From Octopus sinensis (lineage: Eukaryota), in assembly GCF_006345805.1 (NCBI RefSeq), contig NC_043003.1:1612001-1676000 (forward strand): DNA of 64,000 nucleotides. The letters are read 5' to 3'. The notes beneath the pieces are model-generated. The model was not told where the DNA came from and searched no databases. It was given only the letters and a program-made list of their open reading frames with translations. The translations under genes and the position numbers were made by a program. Below, piece after piece: positions 37,848-49,691 of this stretch; positions within the stretch are counted from its first letter, which is position 1; each line of letters begins with the position of its first letter.

Positions 37848-38163
37848 CTTCATCAACAGAATAATAAGTTTGGGAATCATCCAAAGATTGAAGACCAAGA
37901 ATATCATTCCAGGAATGGAGCAAAGAACATTTTGAATTGCTTCTTTCGTATGTAAAATATCTGCAGAAATTCTTTCTGGCGCAAAGTGCACTACATTGGA
38001 TCCTGCTGCTTGCTGACTGACTTGGATAAGCTGGGTCTTTCGACGCAAGGCATTTGTCGAAAGGTATCCGTTTAAATAAGTTTTGAAGGATTGTATTTGA
38101 TGCCATTGTCAAAGAAAGCAACCAAAAGCATAACAGGGTAAAATGAAATATTGAATTCATCAT
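37848..38163 (-). CDS. First coding exon: signal peptide plus PAN/Apple-like domain
   Basis: Acceptor ttttctttttcag 2 nt before ATG. Hydrophobic leader MMNSIFHFTLLCFWLLSLTMA. SRIQCSALC...C..FTY....CSL PAN-type cysteine pattern. Donor G|GTAAGA, phase 1. Confidence 0.88.
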
Positions 38164-38649
38164 AGCTGAAAAAGAAAACTTGGCTATTAATCATTCAGAA
38201 ACAGAATTCATAATGGGACGATATTTAAAACTTTTTGTGGCAAATAAAAGTGAAACAACCGACAACAACTCAAAGTGAAAGCTAAACAGATAATTGTTAA
38301 ACATGAGTAAAAGTCAATCAGTAATAAAGGTACTAAAAGCAAAATTCAATTCAGTGGTATGTAAAAAGTACGATCCGATCATGGCCAATGCCAGTACCCC
38401 CTGACTGGCCCCTGTGCAGGTGGCATGTAAAAAGTACCATCCAAACGTGACCAATGCCAGTACCCTGTGACTGGCTCCCATGTTGGTGGCATGTAAAAAC
38501 CACCCACTACATCCAGTTGTAGAAACATTGCTAGATCAGACTGGAGCCTGGTGCAGCCTCCTGGCTTTCCAGACCTCAGTCAAACCATCCAACCCATGCC
38601 AGCATGGAAAACGGATATTAAACAGTGATGATGATGGTGATGATGATGG

Positions 38650-38689
<40 letters not shown>

Positions 38690-38714
38690 GAAGAAGAAGA
38701 ATTGATTTATTTTC

Positions 38715-39338
38715 TTTCAATTATTTTGGAAACTTCAGCTTCTGCTATGAAACCGCTGAAATTTAGAATGCAAATAATCACCAAGATTATTGAAAAATAT
38801 AGGCCCTTATTGGCTCCCACGAAACCAGGAAGACCATCATCAATCCCACATCCAACAAGATTTGCCCCAGCTGGCCACTTTCCCATGGAAATACCACCAA
38901 GTGATAAGAAAAGAACAAGACAGTGTGCAAAATGCACAGAGAATGGAGACGCTAAAGGAAGAAGATTCGAAGAGAAAGCAGATACATGTGTGATGTCTGC
39001 AAGATAACTTTGTGGGTAACTCCTTGTTTTAAAAATTATCATTCTAAATAAACTGTCTATCTCTTTTAAAAAAAAACATTTCCTTTGATTTAAAAGCAAT
39101 ACATGTCATAAAAAATTGAAGATAGTTAAGTTATATGTATTTTTTCAATGTCCGAGTTAAATCATTTAAATCCAAATGAGTGAAAGTACATTTTAATTTC
39201 TATAATAAAAAATAAAGGAAACAAGATATAAAACTTTTTCTTTGTAATTAACACAGTGTATATAATTAAAAAAGGAAATTAAAAAATATGCTCTGAAATG
39301 AAACGCCATGTCAAAATAATTGATCCATCAAGGGATTA
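38715..39338 (+). mobile_element. piggyBac-like transposase C-terminal fragment and right end
   Basis: LKFRMQII..GRPS..RF..GHFP..IP..RQCAKC, then (frameshifted) RYMCDVC...PCFKNYH cysteine-rich domain. Ends GGGATTAA. Confidence 0.8.
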
Positions 39339-40639
39339 ATTCTTTGTTATATCTAAAATTAATTGAAAGAAACACAGAGCATCTCAACAGAAATATGGTA
39401 ACAAAAGGGTTAATCTTTTTCGCTCTGTGAAATTTCCACAGGTCCCACTAGTATTGATGGTGAAGATATGAAAGATGAAGATGACCTCAGCAGCAATAAA
39501 ATCATTCTTTCTTTCTTAAATAGCTTCTCTTAACCCTTTTGATACCAACCCGGCTGAAACCGCCTCTGGCTCTGAGTACAAATGTATTGCTTTCATAAGT
39601 TTTGAATTAAAAATCTTCCACCAAACCTTAGTCACAATTTATGTTCTTAACACTAGCTTAGAGATAATGAAGTTATTTTACTAAATTCTTTGTAAATGAA
39701 AGAAACCCAGAGCATCTCAACAAAAATACAATAACGAAAGGGTTAATGGATTTCAGAAGCATCAGACAAAATCACAGCATATCACCAACACCTCTTCACC
39801 ATTTATGGTAAGTCTGATTTTAAATTAAAAATGTTGAATTTCCTGTATTATAGAATATATTTACAGAGTACAGGTATTTTACACTGTCAGATGGATAGTG
39901 TGCTTGACTAAAAGTACAGTACTCTATTTATTCCTCTGTCTTTCATAATGTAATTATTAACATTAGCCACTCTTAACGTAACCTAACCTTGGTGTCGGTA
40001 CTTACAGGCAATCAGCTTCATCGGATCAATTTTCCCCTCTTTTAGTCTGTAGTACCAAGGAATGAGTGCATTTGGTAGAGAGCTTCTTAATAAAAAGCAA
40101 AAGACCAGAATAAATGGCTGCAACTTGAGAGGAGGAAGAACTTGCAGGCTGAGCAATGTATGGAAGCATTTTTCACTTTTCTTACAGATCTCTCGTCAGT
40201 ATTATTGTGGTGATGGGTAAAAGAGAAAACCATCCAGAAGGTGGAAGTGAGTTTCTCCAGGGCCAAGCATTTTAAACAGCTTTCTTGATCTACTTTGTTG
40301 TGATGTTGTTGTGGTGAATAACTTAGGAGAATTAGGGTCAAGGAGGTTTTGTGGTGGGTGTGATGTAAAAATAAGGGCTTAGAAAAAGGGGTTTCAGGAA
40401 TGTGCTTGGGTAAACAAAATCGTCCTTTTTATGAGTGGATATGATACAGCATGATTCAAAATCCAAGGACCTTAGTATGAATAAGGGCCATTGTCTCAGA
40501 TTGTGGGTTAGGGGTTTGAAGAAAGACGAAAATAAAATTCTCTACTTACATAAAGATATCTCAAATATTCTGAAACGGAACTGCTAATGTGACTGCAGAT
40601 CTTCAAATGCTGGAATGACAAGTTTTCTCCTGGAATACT

Positions 40640-40845
40640 GTTTTTATATGTATGCATGGATGGATGGATGGATGGATGGGTGGGTGGGTGGATGGGTGGA
40701 TGGGTGGATGGATGTGTGGGTGTTTGTATGTATAAATTGATATCTTGATAGATGAGTACAACTGATTCTGCATGTATGCTTCAGAATCATCATATATGGT
40801 GTGAATTTTAAATATATATATATAATATGTATATACACATTATAT

Positions 40846-40910
<65 letters not shown>

Positions 40911-41059
40911 AATTTATATACATACATATATATACACACACACATTATATATATATATATCCATTATATATATATACACACATATATATAAATACATATA
41001 TGTACGTACATATCTATATATACATACATATATATATGCATATATATACATGCATACAT

Positions 41060-41090
<31 letters not shown>

Positions 41091-41500
41091 CATATATATA
41101 AGTACATACATATATATATATACATACATACATATATATATAAGTACATACATATATATATATATATATATACATATATAAGTACATACATATATATATA
41201 TACATACATACATATATATATAAGTACATACATATATATATATACATACATACATATATATAAGTACATACATATATATATATACATACGTACATATATA
41301 TACATACATACATATAACTACATACATACATATACATACATATATATATACATATATATACATAAATATACATACACACACACACATATATATATGTATA
41401 CACACACATGAACTCATTCATATACATATTTGTGTGTGTGTGAGAGAGAAAGAAAGAGCAAGAATATAAATGTGTGTGTGTGTGTGTGTGTTGTGTGTTG
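40640..41500. repeat. Compound (GGAT)n/(TA)n/(TACA)n/(TG)n microsatellite field
   Basis: Direct inspection. Confidence 0.95.
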
Positions 41501-41870
41501 TATATGCTTTAAAAAGGTAATCAAAATCTAATTTTCTGCTTCGGTTCAACCGTGTCACGATATCCAGTAATTAAGATACAGTTTTATTCACGAACCTCAT
41601 CGATAATCTTTTCAGAATTTTCTTCAAAGAACAAACTGTACGGCTTATTTGTGTGCAGCAGACAAACCAGAAGCGACGCTCCATTGTTCATAGAAGGTGC
41701 TTCATAAGTCAACAAACAACAACAAAAAATATCAACAAACAATAAACAACAAACAATAACACCAACAACAGCAACAAATACTTTCCAAGTGATAAACCTA
41801 CCCTGGGTGGCTGGTTGTTGCTGGGCAAGTATTTGTTGTCTAGCTGATATCAAAGAAGAAACAATAATAA

Positions 41871-41904
<34 letters not shown>

Positions 41905-41908
<4 letters not shown>

Positions 41909-42125
41909 ATCCTTCCTACTAAAGGCAAAAGGCCTCAAATTTTGAGGGAGGGGGACTAGTTGATTATATCGACCTCAGTATACCACTGGTACTTAATCTA
42001 TTGATCCCAAAACGATGAAAGCCAAAGTCGAACCTCGGCAGAATTTGAACTCAGAACGTACCAATGAGCGAAATAACGCTAAGCATTTCACCCAGTGTGC
42101 TAACGATTCTGCCAGCTCGCCACCT
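41905..42125 (-). mobile_element. tRNA-derived SINE with Nin-domain-like core
   Basis: Minus strand B-box GAGTTCAAATTC followed by cgactttggctttcatcg...taagtaccag. Related copies at ~25475-25590(+), 26155-26365(-) and 59520-59650(+). Confidence 0.7.
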
Positions 42126-42178
42126 CTATAATAATAATAATAACAATAATAATAATAATAATAATAATAGTAATAGTA

Positions 42179-42231
<53 letters not shown>

Positions 42232-42665
42232 CAGAAAGTGATAAGTGCAGAATCTGTGGGCAAAACGGTGAAACCGTATGGCATATTACCAGCCAAATTC
42301 ACGCCACTAGCTCAGAAGGAATATAAGAGATGCCACGACAATATACCCAGGTTTGTCTATTGGACACTTTGCAACAAGTTTGGACTTGACAGAGCAAAAG
42401 ATTGGTACGACCACAAATCCGAAGGCATTATTGAAAATAGAAATGCAAAGATCCTATGGGATTTTATGATTCAGTGCGACCATGAGATAGAGAATAGGAA
42501 GCCGGACATAGTCTTAGTTGCGAAAGAAAACAAACTATGCTGGATCATAGATATAGCATGCCCAGCTGACAACAAGGTATGCGATAAGGTGGAAAGAAAA
42601 GTTGAGAGATATGACAGGTTAGCTTTGGAAGTTAAGTAGTTGTGGTCGATGGAAAAGATAGTCAT
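42232..42665 (+). mobile_element. R4/Dong-clade non-LTR fragment (CCHC plus restriction-like endonuclease) next to (TAA)n
   Basis: CRICGQNGETVWHI (frameshifted), YKRCHDN, ILWDF, RKPDIV, IIDIACP, KVERY. Dong elements are known to target TAA repeats. Confidence 0.85.
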
Positions 42666-42667
42666 CA

Positions 42668-43145
42668 CGATCATTGTTCAACCGTGGTCGAGACAATGGA
42701 ATTTACCATGCTACGCCAGACTTCACGGTCCATCATAGCATTACGGAGGTCCTGTTGCTGGATGCCTGTATCCCTGGAGATTACATCAGGGAAGGAGAGT
42801 GTGCGCCCTCTGGCATTGCGAGTAGATGGCTTCCAGAGGAGGAGAGTAGAAATTACCTCTTTTTCAGCTCTACAACAATGTCCAGCAAACTGGACTCTCC
42901 TACCTTTCACAAGAGATGACACAGGTGGTAGTTTCCCATATATTTGCATTTTGGTTGGATGGCACTTCCACGAGAGATTTTGAGCTCTCATAAGGAGGCG
43001 AGTGTAGGTTCCATCCAACCGCCTCTCAAGCTTCTTTGATAATGTCCAGGTTTTGAGCCATATAGTAGAATTGGTTTGACTGTGGCTTTGAAGATTTCAA
43101 GTTTGAAGTCTCTACTTAGATTTGATGACCAGATCTTATGCATAT
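42668..43145 (-). mobile_element. RTE/RTE-X-type LINE 3' fragment
   Basis: ORF 42671-43018: DGTYTRLLMRAQNLSW..RRVQFAGHC.R...LLWKP...RGR..AMMDREVWR. Confidence 0.85.
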
Positions 43146-43201
43146 CATTAAAGATAGTAACAAGAACAACAATAAAAATAATAATGATAATTGTAATGAT
43201 G

Positions 43202-43246
<45 letters not shown>

Positions 43247-43473
43247 GACTTTTTGAGCAGGATGGGCTACTCGACCAGAAGAAAATTCTAACTGGGCCCC
43301 ACCTGCAAGGTCATGCGCTGTTTATCTTGATATGAGATCACCATGTCGCGCACATATGGTTGTGATGCATGTGCCCGGTGTACCCTTATCAGACGGGTAG
43401 TCATGATGGGTATATTGGGTTTCGTATATTTTACCCCAGTGTCACTTTGATGGCATGCACTGCTCTCTCACTC

Positions 43474-43519
<46 letters not shown>

Positions 43520-43944
43520 GTAATGATGATGATGATGATGATGATGATGATAATAATAATAATAATAATAATAACAACAAGAAGAGTTAAATCAATCTCT
43601 ATAAATTAATAATAACAATAGTAGTAGTAGTCACATGAACAACAATAAAGATAATAATAATAATAATGATAATCATTTGTTTCTTGTGTGCAATGGCCTT
43701 ACAGGAATACAATGTGTCTTCTATACAAAAGGGATTCTAACAATCGGCTGAGAATTCCTATTGAGACCCTGGTGTTCTGTCAATAAATCATTTATTGAGA
43801 TGGGATTCGTGAGGGAAGTATTGTATTATTAAAAATATTGGCAGGTTTCAACAGGAATTATTTTACATGAATTATATTCCATGGATTGTGGACATGCGGG
43901 AGCAATTCCTTTGAAAATATTATTCAACTCTTATCAACTTCGCT

Positions 43945-44296
43945 CGTCATCATCACCCCCACCACCACCACCACCACCATTATTATCATCATCACCAGCA
44001 CCACCATTATTACCATCATCACCAGCACCACCATTATCGTCATCACTGTCGTCATCACCACCATTATCACAGCCACTGTTGTCATCGGCATTATGGTCAT
44101 CATGGTCATCATCATCATCATCATCATCATCATTGTCATCATCATCATCATCGTCGTCGTCGTCACCGCCACCACCACCACAATCGTCATCATCACTGAC
44201 ATCATCATCATCGTCGTCGTCATCACCATCACCACCACCATCATCATCATCATCACCACGACCATCAGCATCATTATCATCATCATCGTCATCATT
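43945..44296. repeat. Degenerate (CAT/CAC/CGT)n trinucleotide field
   Basis: Direct inspection; it abuts a minus-strand retroposon tail. Confidence 0.9.
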
Positions 44297-44814
44297 TAAC
44301 ATCCACTTTTCCATGCTCGTATCAGTAGGGCAGAATTTTTGGCTGAGGGGGATTTTCTATGGTTGGATGCTCTTCCTGTTGCCAACACTCCCATCACTAA
44401 GTCATATTTTCATAGAAGATTGCAAAGAAAGGGTACTGCTTGCATTGCTAGTGGCACTTGTTTACTCCTATTATGTAAGGAGAAAGCACACACACACACA
44501 CTCACATGATTAGCTTCTTTCAGTTTCTGCCTACCAAATCCACTCACAAGGCTTTGGTATGTCTGGGGCTATAGTAGAAGACACTTGCCCAAGGTACTTA
44601 TTTCAGTTTGATGCTGGTTTTAGTGATCTCCATTTGTCAAGCAGCTAAGTTAATTTTTAACACGATTTTGGTTTTTAACTGACAGTGGTGTTTCACACAC
44701 TTAAGCTCAAATATGTCATTTGCTATCACCTTGGGCCAACCAAAGCTTGGCCCAAGGTGATAGCAAATGACATAGGTGATAGCTTGTGAGTGGATTAAAC
44801 AATGATGATATATA

Positions 44815-46043
44815 CAGTGCGTCCCAAAATTAAGACAACCAAAATTTCAGGCTTTAATAATTATCAATAAATGTGATATGAAAATTATTCATCCTTATAA
44901 AAGCTTAGTGTCTTCTTTTGGTTTCAGACTAAATAAATTCAGACCGAAATACAATCATAACCCTCCACAAATGAGGCGAAAGTAATTCAGTTTTTGTGAA
45001 GATGCTTAGATTTAAATGAACAACAGTCTGGAAAATTGTTGAGAAATTTCCATGGCTAATTGACCTGAATATGGCCGGAAAAGCAGTGTGCAGACCCCCT
45101 CAGCTCATCAAAAGAACCAGAGAAAAGATCTAGTGAAATCCTCGTCATTCCATCAGAAAATTGGCTGCTACAGCAAAAATAAGCAAGACATCGATGTAAT
45201 CAAGTGCTGAAGGAGGATCTCAGGACACCCCGCACACAAGATGATCCATGGTTATTAGCTCATGCAAGTTTATAATGCCATGAGACTGGAGAGAAGTCGT
45301 TGTCTTGTCCTGGTTCAGATTGCTGAAGTGAAGCTACCCAACCTGGTGTTCAGTGACGAAAAGTAATTTGATATCGAACAGACAATAAACCACCAGAATG
45401 ACCGATTCAGGAGTATCTGGCTCCGTCAAGAGTATACTCATAAATCGATGTTAAAATCCACTGTCAGTTATGGTTTGAGTGGCTGTGACAACCATTAGTT
45501 TTCCCCTCGTTTTTGTGCCGTTTTGTGCTAAAATTAATGCCCAGCAATACATTAATGAACTGCTTCCATGGACGATTGAGCATTTTCAAGGCACATCTTG
45601 AAGCTTCCAACAGGACTCAGCACCATCCCACAGCTCCAAACAGACAACACCACTGGATTCAGAAAACCAGTCCATCATTCATAGGCAAGGATGTATGACC
45701 CTCAACCAGCCCCAATCTCAACCCATTGAATTTTTCTGTTTGATCCATTTTGAAGACATGGGTCTTGAGCACACCTCATGCTTCGCTTAACACTCTGAAG
45801 GCTAAGGCAAAGATGCCCCAGAAACGGGCTTCGATTCCACAAGAACAGCTGCATGCCACATGGAAGGCATTTGCACCTAGGCTTAAGGCTGTGCTTCAAA
45901 ACAGAGGCAGTCATATCGATTAAATGTGGTTATGTCATAACTGTGATCTACGAGCGCAAATCAGTCAACAACATTGACTGAAACTTGCATAAAGTTATTG
46001 CTTTATAAGTGTGTTCTGAGTTGCCTCTCTTAGGTACATCCTA
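44815..46043 (+). mobile_element. Decayed Tc1/mariner-superfamily element (probably maT/DD37D type)
   Basis: TA|CAGTGCGTCCCAAAATT left end. Remnant motifs NLVFSDEK, FQQDSAPSH and (W)PSTSPNLNPLNF. Many stops. Confidence 0.75.
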
Positions 46044-46550
46044 TTGACAAGAGTCGATAAACTCGAAACATCGATGCCAGGGATTCCTAATAGATGGCGA
46101 CACTGAACAAACAAGGTATTTTCACATCTTTTTACCATAAGAGAGATATTTTCTCCTTGATAACTTCAGTGAAGTTGCCTTTTAGCAGTCACAAACATAT
46201 TTCAACTAACCTAAATTTTGTTTATGCATGTGTGTGTGTGTGTGTATATACATATATATATAAACGGCAAAATGTCTGTGTGTGTGTGTGCGTGTCCTTT
46301 ATACAAATCTACAATTTTTCAGTTAGAGGGCTCACACTTTCTATGGTCATTCGAAACCGTCCAAGGGTGGTCGTGCACATCTTTACATTTCCCCAGTCAC
46401 CCTGCAAAGCCAATAAAAAATCAATAGAGGTGACTTTTTTGTGAATTTTCTATCCAAAACCCAATCAAAATACCCGAAACTCAATACGCCAATTGAATGC
46501 CAGCTAGCTGTATGTAACTGGTTGGAGATTTGGACAGTACTCACGTGTAT

Positions 46551-46590
46551 GTGTTTCTGAAGAAGAGCTTTGCTTGAAACGTAAAACCAC
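46551..46590 (+). ncRNA. Ultra-minimal type I hammerhead motif
   Basis: gttt-CTGAAGA-a-GAGC-ttt-GCTT-GAAAC-GTA-aaac. Helix III is the loopless palindrome ACGT. Confidence 0.6.
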
Positions 46591-47369
46591 GTTTCTTTCC
46601 TTCCTTGAGTGTCTGCTAATACTTTACATGTACCACATCCTCAAATTGTTTTTTGTGTTTGTTCTTATTTTGTATTTACTATATATATATATACACACAC
46701 ACATATACAGACACATACACACAAACAACAACCTCAGCAATCGTTTCACTAGGTCAGACCACACTCCTCACTGCAACACTCTCAACTTTTACGTCACTGG
46801 CATTGAAAGGACCTCAATGCATTGAAAAGTTACTGGCTTTTAAACTGTACACCTAACGGAAGAGGTATCATAATAGCATCATAGCTAAACACCCTTTATA
46901 TCTTAAACAATCCACATCAAGTCATCTAAAACAGCTTTTCCTCAGACTCCAACTACCACAGCTGCCTGATGGACAGTTCCCTAACTTTCCTCAGACCACA
47001 TCCATCCATTTTCACCGGCAATTATTCCTGAGAAGGTTAGGGATGAGGGTAGAGTCCTCAGACACACCCTGCAAAAGATCTAGAAGAAGCAAGCATCATT
47101 ACACTTTCTAGTTCAATTCCTAAGCACAACCAACTGTGGAATAAATGGCAGAAAAAAAATAATTGTTGGAATGGTCTTTATTTTGCCGTTACAATGGATA
47201 AACAACTGCTTCGAGTTGTTGCTTAAAGAATAGTAGTTCTGCAGTCCATTTCATAGGTAGTTATGCTCATCTGTGAGGTGACTGCTAGGAGACTGATGGC
47301 AAAAAGGGAAGAGAAGAAGTAAGAGAATTTAATTCTCTATGTTGGCGAGTAGAGAGTTGTATAGTCCTT

Positions 47370-47826
47370 GGATCTTTACCTTTTGACCGACAGATTTAAA
47401 AAATAATTTTTTGTAACTAAACACTTTCAAACTTCGGACATTGGTAGAATGTGTCATATAAAACATCCTTTACTCTTAGCATTTTTGAGAAAAACTTCCG
47501 GCGGTGTATATTTCGTTTGTCACTGTTATTTATGACAACCCTAACCCTAAAACCTTAAAACCAGTACAAACGCATGAACGATGTCATAAATAACAGTGAC
47601 AAACAACAGCAGTAATTTTATTCAGCTGAATACACGTCATTGATTGGTTGAAATTACCGAAATATGAGAACTTTAACTTGAAATAACTTCGTAAATATAA
47701 GTTTTTCTCAAAAATGCTAAGAGTAAAACATGTTTTATATGACACATTCTACCAGTGTCCGAAGTTTGAAAGTGTTTAGTTACAAAAAATTATTTTTTAA
47801 ATCTGTCGGTCAAAAGGTAAAGATCC
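47370..47826. mobile_element. Merlin-type MITE with ~128-bp TIRs and 8-bp TSD
   Basis: GGATCTTTACCTTTTGACCG...CGGTCAAAAGGTAAAGATCC. TSD TAGTCCTT at 47362-47369 and 47827-47834. Confidence 0.88.
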
Positions 47827-47834
47827 TAGTCCTT

Positions 47835-48151
47835 TATTGGCGAGGGACAACGTGGACATTCTACAGAATGTGGTAGAACTCCGTGTTCACGAAAAAAAAA
47901 ATGTATGGATACATTGTCATTCATTGGAAAACGTTGAATGGCCCCGTATAGGCTGACTAAACAATAATTACAGCTTGCCATAACTCGAAATAACGGCAAC
48001 CTTAAATAGAGGCTCAATCCTAACTTCAAACTGAACGGCAATCCTGAATGAAGCTTTTTGATTGGTCATTAAGCGATAAATAACAAAAACTACCGCTTTA
48101 ATAACCAATGAAATCGCTCGATAGGATTCGCCGTTCAAATATCATGAAACC
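47835..48151 (-). mobile_element. Merlin/IS1595-like transposon 5' end fragment
   Basis: Terminus GGTTTCATGATATTTGAACGGC. ORF ..FFREHGVLPHSVECPRC resembles the N-terminal zinc ribbon of Merlin transposases. Confidence 0.55.
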
Positions 48152-48289
48152 TATTTCACTTATTCCAAACATGGATTCCAGCAAACTCTGTGAGAAACCA
48201 TCTAAACAGCAAATTGTACTTGGAACCCTCTTAAAATGGGAATATCTCTGAAACGGTTAGTTTGCCCTATTTTTTAATACGTCCATTTT

Positions 48290-49020
48290 ACCCTAGAGGA
48301 CTGTTTTTGTTTTTTTAATTTGTCGTTGGGAAAGATTCTTCATGTTTCCCGAAACCAGTTTTTTCTTCAAAGATGTTTTGTAAGACCGTTCGGAATGAGA
48401 TACTCGACTGCCTTCTACAAATATACAACGAGGAAAAGAAAGACAGAAATAGGAGAAGCTTCGTTTGTAGTCACAATGGCTGATGACAGAAGAGATGTTT
48501 TGGGACACACTCAAATGGACATTGTTCTGTGGTACGTGTTGAATGAAGAAACATTTGAGCGTTTTGGGGGATTCTTTATTCCAGAAAATCAAGCTGCATT
48601 TGGCAGAAAAGCTTCACTAGTTTTAAGAATGAACTGCCTACAGAAGAGACCACTGAAGCATATTCCATGATTGACAAAAGCTTGCCACTGAACTGGAAGT
48701 ATTCTGTTGTAAGATCCGCTAAGCATGGAAATTGCAAATTAATTGAGTCGCTGAAATTTATCTTGGAAAATAATCTAAATGAAACTACGAAACTGATAAA
48801 AGTCCTTTTGACAAATGCCATGATAACATCAGAGGCAGAATGCTGCTTTTCGACACTTAAAAGAATAAAAGCTTTTCTAAGAGCAACTGGGAAATCTGAA
48901 AGACGAAATACATTGGCAGTGCTTTGAATGGAGAAAACTTTGCTCAACAGTCATCCAGGGATCAAGGAGAAAACGATTAAGCTTTTCGCTCAGTAAAACG
49001 AGTGGATTTCATTTTTAAGT
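48290..49020 (+). mobile_element. hAT transposase remnant (ZMYM1/Tip100-like), internally deleted
   Basis: ASFVVTMADD..D...Q..IVL.YV...ERF.GF, then dimerisation motif TSEAECCFSTLKRIKAFLR.T...ER.NTLAVL. Confidence 0.8.
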
Positions 49021-49169
49021 GAATGGATGAGGCTAATGGTGTTTCTTTAATTTAAATTATTGTTTACTATTATTTAAGGCAAACACAAGTAAAACGCAAA
49101 TTCTCTTCACTTTAATGTTGTTGTCTGTATTTAATTTCGATTTTCTTATGTTCGTCAGTTCACTGCGAT

Positions 49170-49691
49170 CTCTTTAAACCAAATCGAAAATTTAAATTGG
49201 GGGAAACAGACACACCAGGATATCCAAAACTCCCGTCCCGTTGATAATTGTTACGTATGGATGATGGCAGAAGAGGAACTGCTTAAGAAGGTAACACAAT
49301 GGAAAACGGCTAAATTTGTTGATGTCGAAGGTCGGACAAATATTGTAGGACGGCAGAGAGAGCCAGAAGGAAGAAATAGCGAAATTCAAGAAAGGATATA
49401 TGTGTTGGAGGGTGATTGCGGACTTAGAAACGGTACCAGACAATGTGAGATACGGAGATCTAACACAGAGAAAATATGGTGTAGATGTTTTGAAAGACTC
49501 TCAATTCAAAAGCTAGAAGAAGGAAGTGATGCTGCTTGAGTTGGGGGCAAGTAGGACATTTTCATTGAGTCATTTTATCATACGTTTAATTTAATTTTTC
49601 ATTTTATTTATTTTTTTCGTGTTTATGTGTCCCCACATGTGTTTTGTATTGTCCCCTCTATGTCAGCCCCTTGTGGGCAATAAAAAAAAAA
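49170..49691 (+). mobile_element. Probable non-LTR retroposon 3' fragment with AATAAA/poly(A) end
   Basis: Purine-rich coding-like stretch, T-rich UTR, then gggcAATAAAAAAAAAA. Clade not assignable. Confidence 0.4.

Noticed and set aside
40644-41427. YI/CV/HT-rich ORFs (also 4602-5305, 27165-27493, 32780-33313)
   Set aside because: Translations of TA/CA microsatellites.
47537-47550. Interstitial telomere (AACCCT)n
   Set aside because: Only two units, inside a MITE.
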